Source: Cyanophora paradoxa CCMP329 (taxonomy: Eukaryota > Plantae > Glaucophyta). From it: a stretch of 62,741 nt of DNA. The translations under genes were made by a program, and so were the position numbers. Location: positions 1 through 62,741 of the forward strand of contig QPMI01000663.1 of assembly GCA_004431415.1 (NCBI GenBank), read 5' to 3'. This document shows positions 37,693 through 49,587 of the stretch, piece after piece (positions within the stretch are counted from its first letter, which is position 1; each line of letters begins with the position of its first letter). Below the pieces are notes generated by a model, which was given only the letters and a program-made list of their open reading frames with translations, made no database searches and was not told the origin of the DNA.

Positions 37693-38331
37693 CTAGGCAT
37701 GCGCATTGTACGTGTACGCCGACACGAGGGGAAAGGCAGAGGCCGCGTCCGCGCGGATCTTCTTGGCGCGGACCAGGTCGCGGGCGGTCGGGAGGATTCC
37801 GCGCGCCCCGGCGTAGAGGATCGCGTCGTCCTCCGGGCCGGCCGCGCCGCCGAGGGCGGCCCACGCGGTCTCCAGGCGCCGCTCGCTCTCGCGCAGCGCG
37901 CCGTCTGCGTCGGCGCACGCGAGCACCATCCTCTTGAGGCGCTGGACGTCGACGCGGCCGCCGCCCGCCGCGCCGCCGACAGAGACGCGGGTCCCGGTGA
38001 GGTACACGACCTTGTTCAAGAAGCGGTGCAACTTGCGGGACCTCCTCTCGGCGATCACGTTGGTGGCGCGGATCACCTCTGGTAGAAAGTTGATCAGCAT
38101 CGCACGGAAAAAGGCGACGTCGGCCTGGGACAGGCGATCCAGCAGCTCGGCGGGCGGCATCTTCAGGAGAGCCTTGGTGTCGTCGCGGAACGAGAGGGGC
38201 CGATCGCAGTCGGAGTGCAACTTTCTCGTCTCGCGGTCGAGGTCGTCGAAGCTCTCCTCGAAGAAGAGGTGGACGGCGCGGGCGCCGCGGAAGAGCGCAG
38301 AGTTGAGGGCGGCCAGCCGCACGTGCGCCAT
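37693..38331 (-). CDS. Intronless hypothetical helical protein (212 aa)
   Basis: ORF MAHVRLAALNSALFRG... with protein-like composition and GC3 bias. Confidence 0.7.
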   Translation of the reverse strand: MAHVRLAALNSALFRGARAVHLFFEESFDDLDRETRKLHSDCDRPLSFRDDTKALLKMPPAELLDRLSQADVAFFRAMLINFLPEVIRATNVIAERRSRKLHRFLNKVVYLTGTRVSVGGAAGGGRVDVQRLKRMVLACADADGALRESERRLETAWAALGGAAGPEDDAILYAGARGILPTARDLVRAKKIRADAASAFPLVSAYTYNAHA

Positions 38332-38581
38332 GGTCCACGGGTGGAGGATCGATTGGGGTCGAAGAGTGCGGGGCCGACGGGCGCGGACGGCGATCTAGGC
38401 GGCTGCCCCGACCGATTCAACCAAAACGGTCGCCCGCCCAGGCGTGTTTCGCACGACTCGGTCGCCTCCCAAGGGTACCCCTTTCCCCTCTCACACCCCC
38501 GCCCCCTCTTCCCCTCCCCTCCTGGCCTCTATCCACCCTCGCACAACGACCGCGGAGTCGCGCTGCTTCTCTGTCAGGGGA

Positions 38582-38739
38582 TGGGAGGTCGCGCTGCCGT
38601 ATACGTACCCCTCTGTGTCACGCGTAGACCCGGAATTGGCCGACCTCTGGTCGGGTGTGGGGGGGAGGGGGGGAGGGGGGGTAGTGGTGAGCGCCGTGCC
38701 GGCCCGGCGCCCCTACCCCTCTCCTCGATACCCAACCAG
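38582..38739 (-). repeat. Right arm of ~160-bp inverted repeat (partner 35840-36005)
   Basis: Reverse complement of 35840-36005. Confidence 0.92.
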
Positions 38740-38752
38740 CGCTACGCGGGAC

Positions 38753-39236
38753 ACAGAGGGGGTACGTGTACGGCAGCGTGACCTCCCACCCCCGACCAGA
38801 TGTCGGCCAATTCCGGGTCTACGCGTGAAGAGAGGGGGTACGTGTACGGCAGCGTGACCTCCCACCCCCGACCAGAGGTCGGCCAATTCCGGGTCTACGC
38901 GTGAAGAGGGGGGGTACGTGTACGGCAGCGTGGCCTCCCACCCCCGACCAGAGGTCGGCCAATTCCGGGTCTACGCGTGAAGAGAGGGGGTACGTGTACG
39001 GCAGCGTGGCCTCCCACCCCCGACCAGAGGTCGGCCAATTCCGGGTCTACGCGTGAAGAGAGGGGGGTACGTGTACGGCAGCGTGACCTCCCACCCCCGA
39101 CCAGAGGTCGGCCAATTCCGGGTCTACGCGTGAAGAGAGGGGGGTACGTGTACGGCAGCGTGACCTCCCACCCCCGACCAGAGGTCGGCCAATTCCGGGT
39201 CTACGCGTGAAGAGAGGGGGTACGTATACGGCAGCG
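38753..39236. repeat. Motif cluster 3: tandem array of 6 x 76-77 bp units
   Basis: cgaccagaggtcggccaattccgggtctacgcgtgaagagagggggtacgtgtacggcagcgtgacctcccacccc recurs at 38793, 38869, 38945, 39021, 39098 and 39175. Confidence 0.97.
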
Positions 39237-39397
39237 CCGCGTGAGACGACGCGCGAGGTTACGGAAATGCTCCCCTTTGTGTTTTTGCAACAACGAGCTA
39301 GAGTCGGGGCGCGTGCGTCCCAACCGACGCTGCACTGGCGTGCAGAAAAACAGAGAGGGAGAGGGGGGGGATGCGGGCGGGCGACGGCATCGTCGGC

Positions 39398-40009
39398 TCA
39401 CGCGCTCGGCGCGGCGCCGTTCCGATCGGGCGGGGAGAGCCAGGCGGGGTCGACGAAGCGCGCGCAGAGGGCCCGCGGGAGGGCCGGGTCCAGCCCCGCG
39501 GCGGCCTCGGCGAGCCTCGCCGCGTAGGCCTCGCGCCCGGCCTCGTACAGGCGCCTGTGCGCCGCCGAGAGCGGCACGATCTCGAGGCCCGGGTCGGCGC
39601 GGCAGAGGGGGCACCGGAGCGGCGCGATCGGGAGGATGCAGCCGAGGCAGAAGACGTGCCCGCACCCGAGGCGCGTCGGGCGGCACGGGTGCTGGAGGCA
39701 GACGGCGCACACGGCGTCCTCGGCGAGCGCGGCGCGCGCGGCGGGGCGCCACAGGTTGCTCGCGCACGTCCAGGCGACGTGGGCGGCGCGGCCGACGGCC
39801 TCGTAGCGCGCCAGGGCGCCGGCGTCGCGGGTGGGGTCGCCCCCGGCCGGCGCCTCGACGATCTCGCTCACGATGCGGCTGGACTTGACGCCGAGCGCGA
39901 GCGGCGCGGCGATCACGCCCCGGGCGGCGTCGTAGGCGTGCCCGTCCAGGTACTTCCACCGTCCGAGGTCGTAGGTGCGCTCGGGCGCGGGCGCGGCGGC
40001 AGAGGCCAT
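39398..40009 (-). CDS. C3HC4 RING-finger protein (putative E3 ubiquitin ligase), intronless
   Basis: CAVCLQHPCRPTRLGCGHVFCLGCILPIAPLRCPLCR. Confidence 0.9.
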   Translation of the reverse strand: MASAAAPAPERTYDLGRWKYLDGHAYDAARGVIAAPLALGVKSSRIVSEIVEAPAGGDPTRDAGALARYEAVGRAAHVAWTCASNLWRPAARAALAEDAVCAVCLQHPCRPTRLGCGHVFCLGCILPIAPLRCPLCRADPGLEIVPLSAAHRRLYEAGREAYAARLAEAAAGLDPALPRALCARFVDPAWLSPPDRNGAAPSA

Positions 40010-40298
40010 TTTTTCCGAGGGTGTTGGCGGGGGGAGGGTACGAGGAATCTGGGCGGGGCGCAGACCCTCCCCTCTACCTCCTAGGAGATCTCCGGGGGGT
40101 ATTTAGCCGTTTGCCCTCTGGCCCCCGCCCCTGCTACCCCCCCCGGCCCCCACCCCCTCCCCCTTTCCCTTTTCCCCCTCTCGCCCCCACCTCGCCGTTT
40201 CGGCCCAACGGACCGAATCGCACGACTCGGCGGCCGGTGGCGCCCCAACACATAAAAGAGAGGCGCCCCTCTGTCCGGGCGTCAGTCTCTACTCGACG

Positions 40299-43200
40299 AT
40301 GAAGCGGCCGGCGGACCCCGCCGCCCCCGAGGAGCCCACCTGCGCCCGAACCGGACCGGCACCGCCGCCGGTGCCGTCGCCCCCCAAGGCGGTCGCGGAT
40401 GCAGAGGGCGACCTCGAGATGGAGGACAAGGCGCCGGTGGGCGCGACCGCGCCGCCCTCGGGCGCGCCCCTCCCCGCCCCCGCCGCGAGCCAGATCGTGC
40501 GGACCACGGTCCTCGTCAAGAGCAACCCGCGCAAGGGCGCCGCGCGCGACGCGATCTTTGCCGTCCCCTGGCAGCCCGCCGACGTGGAGAGGCTCGAGTC
40601 GCCGTCCGCGCGCCGCGCCGTCGTCCAGATCTCGCCCCAGATCCTCGTCGAGCACGCGGGCGGCGCCCGGCGCACCCTCCGCGCGTTCAACGTCTTTGAC
40701 TTTGACGTCCCCAACATCCGCTTCCCCGAGGCGCTGGAGGGCGGCTCTCTCGGGAGGGAGCAGCTGAAGAACGCCAAGAAAGAGTACCTCGCCGGCGTGC
40801 TGGCGCGATGCGAGACCCTCGCCCAGTACTGGACCGAGGTCCCCGAGATCCTCGGCGTCGCCCGCCGCGCGCGCGACTTTGCCCGGGCCCTCCAGGCGCG
40901 CGGCGTCGCCGTCCTCGTCGTCTTCTCGGGCCTTAAGGGCTTCCACGTCTACGTGCGCGACGCCGACCTCGTCGCGGCGGTCGAGGGGCCCGGCGCCGCC
41001 GTGTACGCCAAGGAGGACCTCGACCAGTGGTGGGGCATCGTGCGCGCCAAGCTCAAGCGGCTCGAGGAGGACTCGGCGGCGGCGCTGCGCGACCCGTCGG
41101 TCCCGCAGGGGGAGAAGAGCCGCCTCCGCCGCTCCTTCTGGTCCAAGGCCACGCGCGCCGCCGGCCCGCGGCGCGTCCCCGGCATGTACAAGGCGGGACG
41201 GTGGGAGGGGCGCGAGGCCTTTGAGCGCGTCGTCGTCCCGTTTGCGGAGGAGCGCGGGATCGGGGCGATGGTGGAGCAGCTGGAAAGGGAGGGCGTCCTG
41301 GACCTCGCGCCGTTCCGCGTCAACAGCGGCTGCCGCTCCGACGAGCACCGCCACGGCTGGACCTCCTACTACCCCGTGGCGGTACCCCTGGAGGCCGTCG
41401 ACGACGCGGCGATCGCGGCGACGGTCCGCCTGCACGCCACGCGGCCCGACCCGCTCCTCGTCGCGTGGAACAGCGACGAGTGGCGCTGGCTGCGCGAGCT
41501 CGCGCGCGAGATCGCCCCCAAGCACACCCTCCACGTGGCGGCCCCCGCGGACGGCGCCCGCCCTCCGCCGCCCAAGCGCCCGCGCGCCCCCCCGGGCCCC
41601 CGGCCGCCGCCGACGCTCGATCGGGAGGGCGAGGAGGAGGAGGAGGAGGGCGGGGGTGCGGAGGACGGGGACGCCGAGGACGAGGCGACGATCAGCGAGG
41701 GCGTGGTGGAGCGCCTCGGGCTCCTCGCGTGCGGGGCGGGGCGCGGGCGGGGCTGGAGCGCCGCCCCCGGCCGCGGCCGCGGCGGCCGCGGCGGCCCCTC
41801 GATCTCCCACTTTGTTTCGCCGCCCGACGCGGACGGGGGCGAGCTCTGCCCCCACGGGCGGGACCACGAGCGCGTGGAGACGAGCATGTGGGTGGCGGAG
41901 AGCGGCATCCCCGGCGTCCTCGCCGCGACGGCGCACTGCTACTCGCTCCGCTGCGCCGGCGAGCCGCTCCTGGGCGCCCTCGCGTGGGCCCAGCCGGGCG
42001 CCTTTGGCGGCGCCTCGACCCTCGCCCAGGCCGACGCGGCGCTCCTGGGGCTCCACGCCACCGTCGCCCGCATCGCCGACCGGAGCCTCCAGCTTGCGGA
42101 GAGGCTCGCGCGCGCGGCGGCGGCGGCGGCGGCGGCAGAGGCGCAGGCGGCAGCGGCGGCGGCAGAGGGGGAGGGGCAGAGGGGAGGGGGCAGAGGGACG
42201 GGCCCGGAGGACGGCGCGCGCGGGGCGGCGCCGGCGCCGGCCGCCCCGCCCTCCCGCAGCGGCCGGCGGGGGCGCTGCCCCCGTCCGCGTCGCCTCGCAC
42301 GTCGAGGGCCGCTCCTACTTTGTCCGCGTCCCCTGCTGGAGCTGCGGTCACCGCAAGGGGAAGCTCTTCATCGACCAGACGAGCGGGGAGGCCGAGGAGC
42401 GCGGTCAGGTGCGCGTCCGGGCGTGCGGCGCGGCGGCGTGCGGCGGGCGCTGGGCCTGCGGGCCGCTGGAGCTCGGCGAGGACGACGCGACCGAGCTCCG
42501 CCTCGCCGAGGACGAGGTGGACATGTTCTCCCTCCGGCTCTTCCCCGAGCAGGCCAAGTCCATGGGCGCCGGCACCTTTGGCGCGACGGCCCGCAACCCG
42601 TACTGGGCGGAGCTCCCTCAGGGCGCCGTCGACTACCTCGATGCCGTCGTCGCGTGGCTGCGCACGCTCGGCGCCGGCGCGGCGCTCCCCTCCGACGGCG
42701 GCCCCGAGCGGCGCGTCCGGCCCCGCGGCGTCGGGCCCCCGGGCTCCTTTCCCCTCGAGGACGGCGCGACCGGCGGGCCGGCGGCGCGGCTGCACGCCAT
42801 GCTGCCGGACCTCGCGACGTGGCGCGCTGCCCTCCGCCTCCCCGAGCTCTCCCGGCCCCTCGCGATCCCGGCGGACTTTGATCCCGTCGCCCGACGCTGG
42901 ATCGACATCGACGAGCCGGCGGGCCCGGGGGCCCAGCGCTTCTGCAGCCCGGCCCCCATCCTCGCGCGCCTCGACGGCGGGAGGAAGACGATCTTTGTGC
43001 GGGCAGAGACCGGGAGCGGCAAGACGGAGACGTGCGTGGGGGGCCGCGAGGGCGCGGCGGGGCCGGGCCCCCGGGGGATCCTGCAGGCGGTGCTGGACGA
43101 CCCGGCGCTCGTGGGGCTCCCCAGCGTCCCCGGCGCGCCGCCCCGCGTCCTCTACGTGACGGCGGGGCGCGTCCAGCCCGACATCCTCGTCAAGGACCCC

Positions 43201-46200
43201 CGCTTCGCGGCCCTCTCCTACCCCTCGGCGTCGGGCGAGCGCGTGCCGGTCGCCTGGACCGTCTACAAGGAGGCCCGCCCCGAGGAGCTCGCCGACGCCT
43301 CGTTCGTCATGTGCACGGTGCAGAGCGGCCGCCGGCTCGAGGGCGACTTTGACGTCGTCATCGTCGACGAGGGGGCGCGGGCCCTCACGACCCTCACGAC
43401 GGGCGGGCCGTTCAAGGGGCCCGAGCACCACGCGCAGACGGTCGCCTGGTTCGACAGGGCGCTGGAGGCGCCGGCGCTCGTGATCGTCGCCGACGCCGAC
43501 CTGCTGGACGAGGACGCCGCCCTCTACGCCGCGCGCCGCCCGGGGGCGGACGTCATCTCGTACCTCAAGCGCGGCAGCAACGACGCGCGCCTGCGCTGGA
43601 CGGCCATCGACATTCGCTACGCCGCCGCCGTGATCGCCGCCAAGCTCCTCGCCGGCGAGGTCGGCTACATCGCCTGCTCGACGCGGCGCGCCCTCTGGGA
43701 GATCGAGTCCATCGTGCGGCGCCACATGCGGCTCTCCGGGCGCCGCTGCGAGTTCCTGTACGCCGACGCGGACCGGCGCGCGAGGCAGACGATGACGGAC
43801 TCGGACTACGTCTGCTCCGCCCTCTGCTACGCTTCCAACTACGCGATGCCCCAGGGCACCGACTTTTCCAGCGGGCCGCCCGCCAACTTTGTCGCCTACA
43901 TCGAGGAGGGGCGGACCGCCGACGTCAACGCCGGCTTTCAGCTCGTCCGCCGCCGCCGTCACGTGATCGGGCCCGACGCCTTTTTCTTCTGCCGGTTCCC
44001 CCGCAAGGCCCCCCTCCCCGACCGGCAGGGGCGGCCCCTGCACGCCCCCGTCGACTGGCGGGCGATCTACGGCGAGCTGGTGGACTCGGTGCGCGCGTGG
44101 AACGAGCGGCTCCCCGCGGAGAGGCGCGTGGCGACCGAGGAGCACTACCTCCGCGTGCGGGCCGTCCGCACGGCGCTCCGGAACGCGACGCACGCGTGCC
44201 CCATGCTGGCGTTTCACCTGAAGCTCCGCTCGCTCGGCAACGAGGGCCTCTACGTGTACCCCCTGCCCCAGCCCCCGAAGAAGCCCAAGGGCGGCGCGCG
44301 CGCGGGCCCGAGCGCGCCGGCGGCGCCGGCGGCGGGGGGCCTCCCCTGGATGCCGGAGGGGTACTCGGACTCTGCCGTCCCCCTGGCGGCCGAGGTCGAG
44401 GCGCGCGAGCGGCTCCTCCCCATCGTCGCCGCGCCGCGGCTGCTGGGCTACGACTGCGCCAAGGCGATCCGGGGGGCCATGGAGTACGGGACGTCCACGG
44501 TGGAGGTCTCCGACGCGGCGCGGCGCGCCTGGAAGCGCGAAAAGGCCGCCGCGCGCTTCGGGCTGCGGCCCGAGCAGGTGGGCGTCGCCGAGGTCCGCCT
44601 CTCGGAGCAGAGCCCGCCGGCGGAGATCTTCCGCCTCTCCAAGCGGTTCGCCCTCGACACCCTCCCGTACCTCGCCTCGGGGGCGGCCCCCGACGAGGAG
44701 AGCGCGACGCTCCTCCCGGACCACCGCGAGCGGCGCCGCCCCTTTGAGAGCGCCCTGCGGCTCTTTGAGCTGCTCGGCGCGCGCGTCCCGCCCGGCGGCG
44801 GCGCGGCGGCGGCGGCGAGCGACGTCGCGGCCGGCCTCCGTTACCTCTTCTGGGCGACGTGGGAGGGGCCGGAGGACTGCGGCGCGGCGCGCCTGCGCGG
44901 GCTCGGCGAGGCGATCGAGGAGGGTGGCATCTTTACCGACGGGCCCCTCGGGCGGCTCTTTGCAAACGCCTGCCGCGCGGCGTGGGAGCGGATCGCGATC
45001 CCCTACTCGCCGATCGCCGCGTACCGCGCCGACGCCCTCCGCTGGCAGTGCGCCGAGCTCTGGCAGCTCGAGTGCCTCCGCCCGGAGAAGCGCAACAAGG
45101 GGGCCGCCCCTCCCCCGATCGGGGACTGCGCGCGGCGCCTCCTGCACGACCTCGTCGTCCACGCCGCGGAGCAGCTGGGCCTCGGCGTGCTCGTCGCGGC
45201 GGCCGACGCGCGGCGCGTGGTGCGGGGCGGCGCGCGCAGGACCGTCAAGCGCACGCGCTACTGCTTCGACCCCGAGACCGTCCTCCTCGGCCTGCGCCTC
45301 TACGGGCGCGATCGGGACGGCCGCGGGGACGTCCCGCCCGACGCGACGCTCGGGGCGCTCCTGGCGGCCGGCGTGCGCTCCCTCCAGATCGCGCTCGTCC
45401 AGGATCCAAATTCCAAGCTCCGGGCGGCGGGCGCGGGCGGCGGCGGCGGCGAGGGCGGCGAGGGTGGCGCCCCGGGCGCGCCGGCAGAGGCGGGGGCCCG
45501 CCCCCGCCCGAGCGACGCGGCGAAGCGCGTCGTCCGGCTCCTCAAGTCGGGCGTGCACTCGGCGGTCTTCTTCTCCGGGGCGGCGCGCGCGGTCCTCGGC
45601 GAGGACGCCGCCCGCTGCTGGCGCGGGGCCGGCGACGGGGAGGAGGAGGGGGACGGGGCCACCCGCGCGTCGCCCTACGCAGAGGTCCTGGCGCGCGTCG
45701 CCGCCTCCGAGGCCCCGAGGCCCTCGCCCCGATCGCGCCGCCCCTCGGCGCCGGCGCCGACCCGACCGTCGCGGCGCTCTGCGCGCGGGACCTGGCGCGC
45801 GCCGCCCTCGCGATGGACGACGGGGCGGCGCGGGAGGGCCTCGGCTTCCCCGCCGCGGAGGAGTCTCCCGCCCTCCCCACCGAGGACGTGACCTGGCTCC
45901 TCGGTCGCCTCGCCGAGGCCGCCGGCGCCCCCGCCCAGCGCGCCTCGGAGTGGTGCCCCGTCGTGGAGGGGCGGGAGGGGCCGGACCCCTGCGTCGGGTT
46001 TGCGTACACGTCGATCTTTGCGCGGGACCTCCCCCAGGAGCGCCGCACGCTCCCCTCGTCCGGAATCGACGTGGCGCGCACGGGCTCCGACACCTCGGGC
46101 ATCAGCCTCTTCGTGGACGGCGCGGCGCGGCTCCTGCCCGAGGACCTCGCGCGCCCGCGCGTCGCCCGCGGGCCGCGCTCGTGCGGGGCGAAGATGCTCC

Positions 46201-46298
46201 TCTTCGTACCCCGCTCCACCTTTCAGCACTTTGGCGTACCCCTCTTGGCCCTTCCCCTCCGCCCCGCCCCGGCACCTACCCCCGCTCCCCCTGCGTGA
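40299..46298 (+). CDS. ~2000-aa AEP primase(-polymerase) fused to Zn-binding motifs and an SF2 helicase of the herpesvirus UL9/origin-binding-protein type; two apparent frameshifts (~42250, ~45715)
   Basis: AEP motif I VFDFD and motif II FSGLKGFHVYV. CPH...HCYSLRC and CWSCGH...CGAAAC. Walker A IFVRAETGSGKT, Walker B DVVIVDE, and LVIVADADL, GYIACSTR, YASNYAMPQGTDF. Confidence 0.8.
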
Positions 46299-46510
46299 AT
46301 GCGAAATTCGATGTGCGGTCCGCGCCCCCTCCCCCCGCGCCGAGTCGTTTGAAAGCGCGCCGCCGCGTTGTGCGCTCTCCCAATTTGGCTCTTTTTTTGC
46401 CTGCCCGCCGCTTTCGCTTGATTCGGGCCCTCGGCGCCGATAAAACTCCTCTCCCCGCGCCGCTTGGCTCACTCTTTTTGCCTCTTCTCATCGCAGATCA
46501 CGACCTGGCC

Positions 46511-48367
46511 ATGGACTCTACCACGACGATGAACCCCCACGCAGACCTCGCCACGACGATGACCGCGGCCGGCGCTCCCCGCCTCGTCAAGAAACCCGTC
46601 AAGAAACCCATCAAGAGCGACTTCTGCACGCGGATGGACCTCCTCCCGGTCGACCTGTCCGAGGCAATCCTGCACTACCTCGGGCGCGAGGACCGCCTCA
46701 AGATGCTCACCGTCTCCCAGCAGTCCCGCTCCTTTGCGCTCGGCACCTCGGGCGTCTCGAGCGGCTGGTTCGACGCCCTCGCGGTCGACGACGCGCTCGC
46801 CCTGCTCGTCGGAGGGCCCGGCGCGCCGCGCGGCGCCCGCCTCCGTCTCATCGCGGGGCGCGGTCACGGGGCGGAGATCCCGATCCCGTCGCGCCTCGGC
46901 GGCCTCGACGCGACCTTTGCCCTCCCGACAGAGCCCGGGAGCGAGGGCCGCTGGGTGTGCATCCTCTTCCCCCCGGCGGCGGCGGCGGGGGCCGAGGACC
47001 TCTCCCCGCGAGGCGCCATCATCCGCTACGGGCCGGGCGGGTTCGGCGACGCCCTGCAGATCCCGGCCGGGTTTCCCATTCACGACTTTGCCCGCGGTTC
47101 CGTCTCCATCGCCGGCGACGGGACGATTGTGCTCGGCGGCGAGCGCGGCTGGCTCGTCTGGTCCGCCGACGGCGGCGTCTCGGCGGTCGACGTCGGCGCG
47201 GCGGTCGCCGGCGTGGTGGCGTGCCGCCCCTCTCCCGACGCCTCGCGCGTCGCGATCTGCAGCGTCGTCGGCGACGGCGGCTCCGCGGGCGGCCGCGTCC
47301 TCGTCCGCTTCGTGGGCTCTGGCGAGTCTGCAGAGGGCGCCGCCGCGGCCCCCGCGGCCGACGCCGGCCCCCTGCGCTCGACAGCGGCGCGCACGCGGCT
47401 CTCCCACGAGCTCGCCGAGGTGGACGGCTCCGGGGACCCCTCGGCCCTCGGCGACTGGAGCGACGTGCCCCTGCGCGAGTGCGACGCGAGCCTGACGTGG
47501 AACGCGCGCGGCAACGCCGTGCTGGTGCGGATCAAGGTGGCGCGCAGCGGTATGGAGGCGGGCGATGTGGAGATGGGCGACGCCGGCGGCGATGTCGACG
47601 TCGACAGGATGGAGGACGACTGCAGCGTCGACGAGCCCGCCGCCCGCGAGGAGGCCTTTGTCGAGTTTATCGCGTCGGTGCGGCTCTCGGGCGGCGCTGC
47701 GCGCCAGGGCTGGTGGATCGTCTGCGGCGCCGAGCCCGCAGAGGCCTTTGCCGTCGGTCTGGGCGAGAACTGGCTCCTCCACGCGGCTCGGGACGTGGGC
47801 GGCATCCGGAGCGCGTCCATGTACGTCTACTACCTCGCCGGTGGCGCCTCTGGTCGCCCCACCATGGTCGAGCTGCACATGCCCTGCGAGGGCAAGTCGT
47901 GGCGATGCGTCACGCCCGTCGGCGACTGGAACTTCATCTACCAGGCCGCCGGTCAGTTTGAGCTCAACGGGACCAGCGTCGATCGCCCTTTTCTGGTCTC
48001 CGTGACGCCCTACGCCCGCGACCTGGAGTATTTCGAGCTGCCCGAGGCCAGCGGTCTGCTGGAGGCGCGCTCCATCCGCCCGCTGGGAGCCGTCGGACTG
48101 CACGGGGTGGCGGCCCTCGCGGTCGGGACGGACCAGGACGCCCCCGCGCCGTTCAACGTCGTCCGGTACATCCGCTGGTCGGGGATCGGGAGGCTGGCGG
48201 GTCAGGGCGGCCCGTTTGCGGCGTCGATCAGCACCCACCTGCAGCACAACACGTTTCGGCCGACCCGCGAGTGGCTGGACGATCGCTACTACACCGTCGA
48301 GGGCGAGCGGCACAACAACACGCTCACGCTCTTCCCCGGCGAGCCGCAGCCGACGCTGCACGTGTGA
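46511..48367 (+). CDS. F-box protein with beta-rich (propeller-like) C-terminus, intronless (~618 aa)
   Basis: MDLLPVDLSEAILHYLGREDRLKMLTVSQQSRSFAL matches the F-box consensus LPxELxxxILxYLxxxDLxxLxxVSK. Confidence 0.75.
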   Translation: MDSTTTMNPHADLATTMTAAGAPRLVKKPVKKPIKSDFCTRMDLLPVDLSEAILHYLGREDRLKMLTVSQQSRSFALGTSGVSSGWFDALAVDDALALLVGGPGAPRGARLRLIAGRGHGAEIPIPSRLGGLDATFALPTEPGSEGRWVCILFPPAAAAGAEDLSPRGAIIRYGPGGFGDALQIPAGFPIHDFARGSVSIAGDGTIVLGGERGWLVWSADGGVSAVDVGAAVAGVVACRPSPDASRVAICSVVGDGGSAGGRVLVRFVGSGESAEGAAAAPAADAGPLRSTAARTRLSHELAEVDGSGDPSALGDWSDVPLRECDASLTWNARGNAVLVRIKVARSGMEAGDVEMGDAGGDVDVDRMEDDCSVDEPAAREEAFVEFIASVRLSGGAARQGWWIVCGAEPAEAFAVGLGENWLLHAARDVGGIRSASMYVYYLAGGASGRPTMVELHMPCEGKSWRCVTPVGDWNFIYQAAGQFELNGTSVDRPFLVSVTPYARDLEYFELPEASGLLEARSIRPLGAVGLHGVAALAVGTDQDAPAPFNVVRYIRWSGIGRLAGQGGPFAASISTHLQHNTFRPTREWLDDRYYTVEGERHNNTLTLFPGEPQPTLHV

Positions 48368-48706
48368 TCGGCGGCCCGTGCGCTCCCGTGCGCGTTTCTC
48401 TCCCGCGCCGCCGATCCCTTTCGTCCAATAGGATCGTCCTTATTGAATGTTACCAGTTTTTTTTTGCGTGGTGGGGGGCCGGGCCGGGGCGGGGGTGGTG
48501 GTAGATGGCGCGGGCCCGAGGGGTGGGGCTAGGGGGGCGGGGGGGGGCGGGGGGGCCGAGGGGGGTACCCTCTGGAGCACCGAGTTGGTTGAGCGCAGCA
48601 ACTTGAAGGCCCGATTCGGACGAAAGGGTCCCCTGGTCTCCCAAAAAGCCGAGCAGGTGCGCGATGCGGTCATTCTTTCTCACATCGTCAAGAACCGAGA
48701 ACAAGG

Positions 48707-49267
48707 ATGGCCGCCGCCCAGCCCTGGCAACACCCCCGTCGCAACGTCCTGATCGACATGGGAGAGCTGGTCAGCGACTTTTTCCGCTACAACTACGACG
48801 CCGAGGACGCCGACCTCTACGACAGCGACGTCGTGGCCCTCGCGACCAAGGCCAAGGCCGGCGAGGTCCCCGCGCGCGAGACGGACGACGCGCTCCAGAA
48901 GCTCCGGCCGACCGCGGAGCGCATCCGCCCCATCGCGACGGGCCTGTTCGCGGCGAGCGTCCGGCAGTACTCGGGCGGTCTCATCGAACTCCAGAACGTG
49001 TTGGGGCGCGCCTTTGCGAACCGCGTCGACGCGACCTTGGCCTCGCGCGCCCAGGGCCAGGGCCCGCAGGCCACCTCCTCCGACCTGGCGTACGTCGTCT
49101 TTCCCGTGGAGCTCTGGTACGAGATGCTGTCGTGCGCGGGATCCGAGATTCTGCACTTGGACCTGTACGAGCGCGTCGTCCTCGGGATAGTCCCCCTTTT
49201 CCTCACGATGCTCCGCGCCGGCAACATTCGCGTTGCCGCCGGCAAAGTTCTGTCGGCGATCTCGTGA
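48707..49267 (+). CDS. Intronless hypothetical protein (186 aa)
   Basis: ORF MAAAQPWQHPRRNVLIDMGELVSDFFRYNY... with GC3 bias. Confidence 0.7.
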   Translation: MAAAQPWQHPRRNVLIDMGELVSDFFRYNYDAEDADLYDSDVVALATKAKAGEVPARETDDALQKLRPTAERIRPIATGLFAASVRQYSGGLIELQNVLGRAFANRVDATLASRAQGQGPQATSSDLAYVVFPVELWYEMLSCAGSEILHLDLYERVVLGIVPLFLTMLRAGNIRVAAGKVLSAIS

Positions 49268-49587
49268 GCAGAGAATATATTGTGCCGAGCGCATTCAAAG
49301 TGCGTAGAGTTTTTGTGTGCGGTGTGGGACTGAGAATCGAACTGACATGCGCGCACGCGCGCGTGCTCTCGTTTCCGGCTCTACGCATAACTTTGGGGGC
49401 CAGCTCGAGCTCCTGGACGCACGGGCTCGATGCACGCGGGGCTCTCGAGTAGAGTCGCTGCAGTTTGGCGCGCGCGGCGCCGGCCCCAGAGCGCGCGTGA
49501 GGGCATTTTCGTGATCAAGAATGGTTTTTGTTTTATCTTTCAAACAATCGACGTGCGGTTGCGGGGTGCCTGGGGGATTTTCGTACC

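Noticed and set aside
38753-39236. CRISPR-like array
   Set aside because: The units are identical over their whole length with no unique spacers, there are no cas genes, and the context is eukaryotic.
41692-45558. 1288-aa minus-strand ORF (likewise 921-3488, 12572-14452, 32188-33981, 46469-48361)
   Set aside because: These are Arg/Ala/Gly/Pro-rich shadow frames of real genes, caused by high GC and few stop codons.
42200-45720. Programmed frameshifting or pseudogenisation in the primase-helicase (also near 57660 and 57830 in the YR gene)
   Set aside because: The shifts fall in G/C-rich runs and the assembly shows single-base indel errors elsewhere (repeat copy 2), so sequencing error is more parsimonious.
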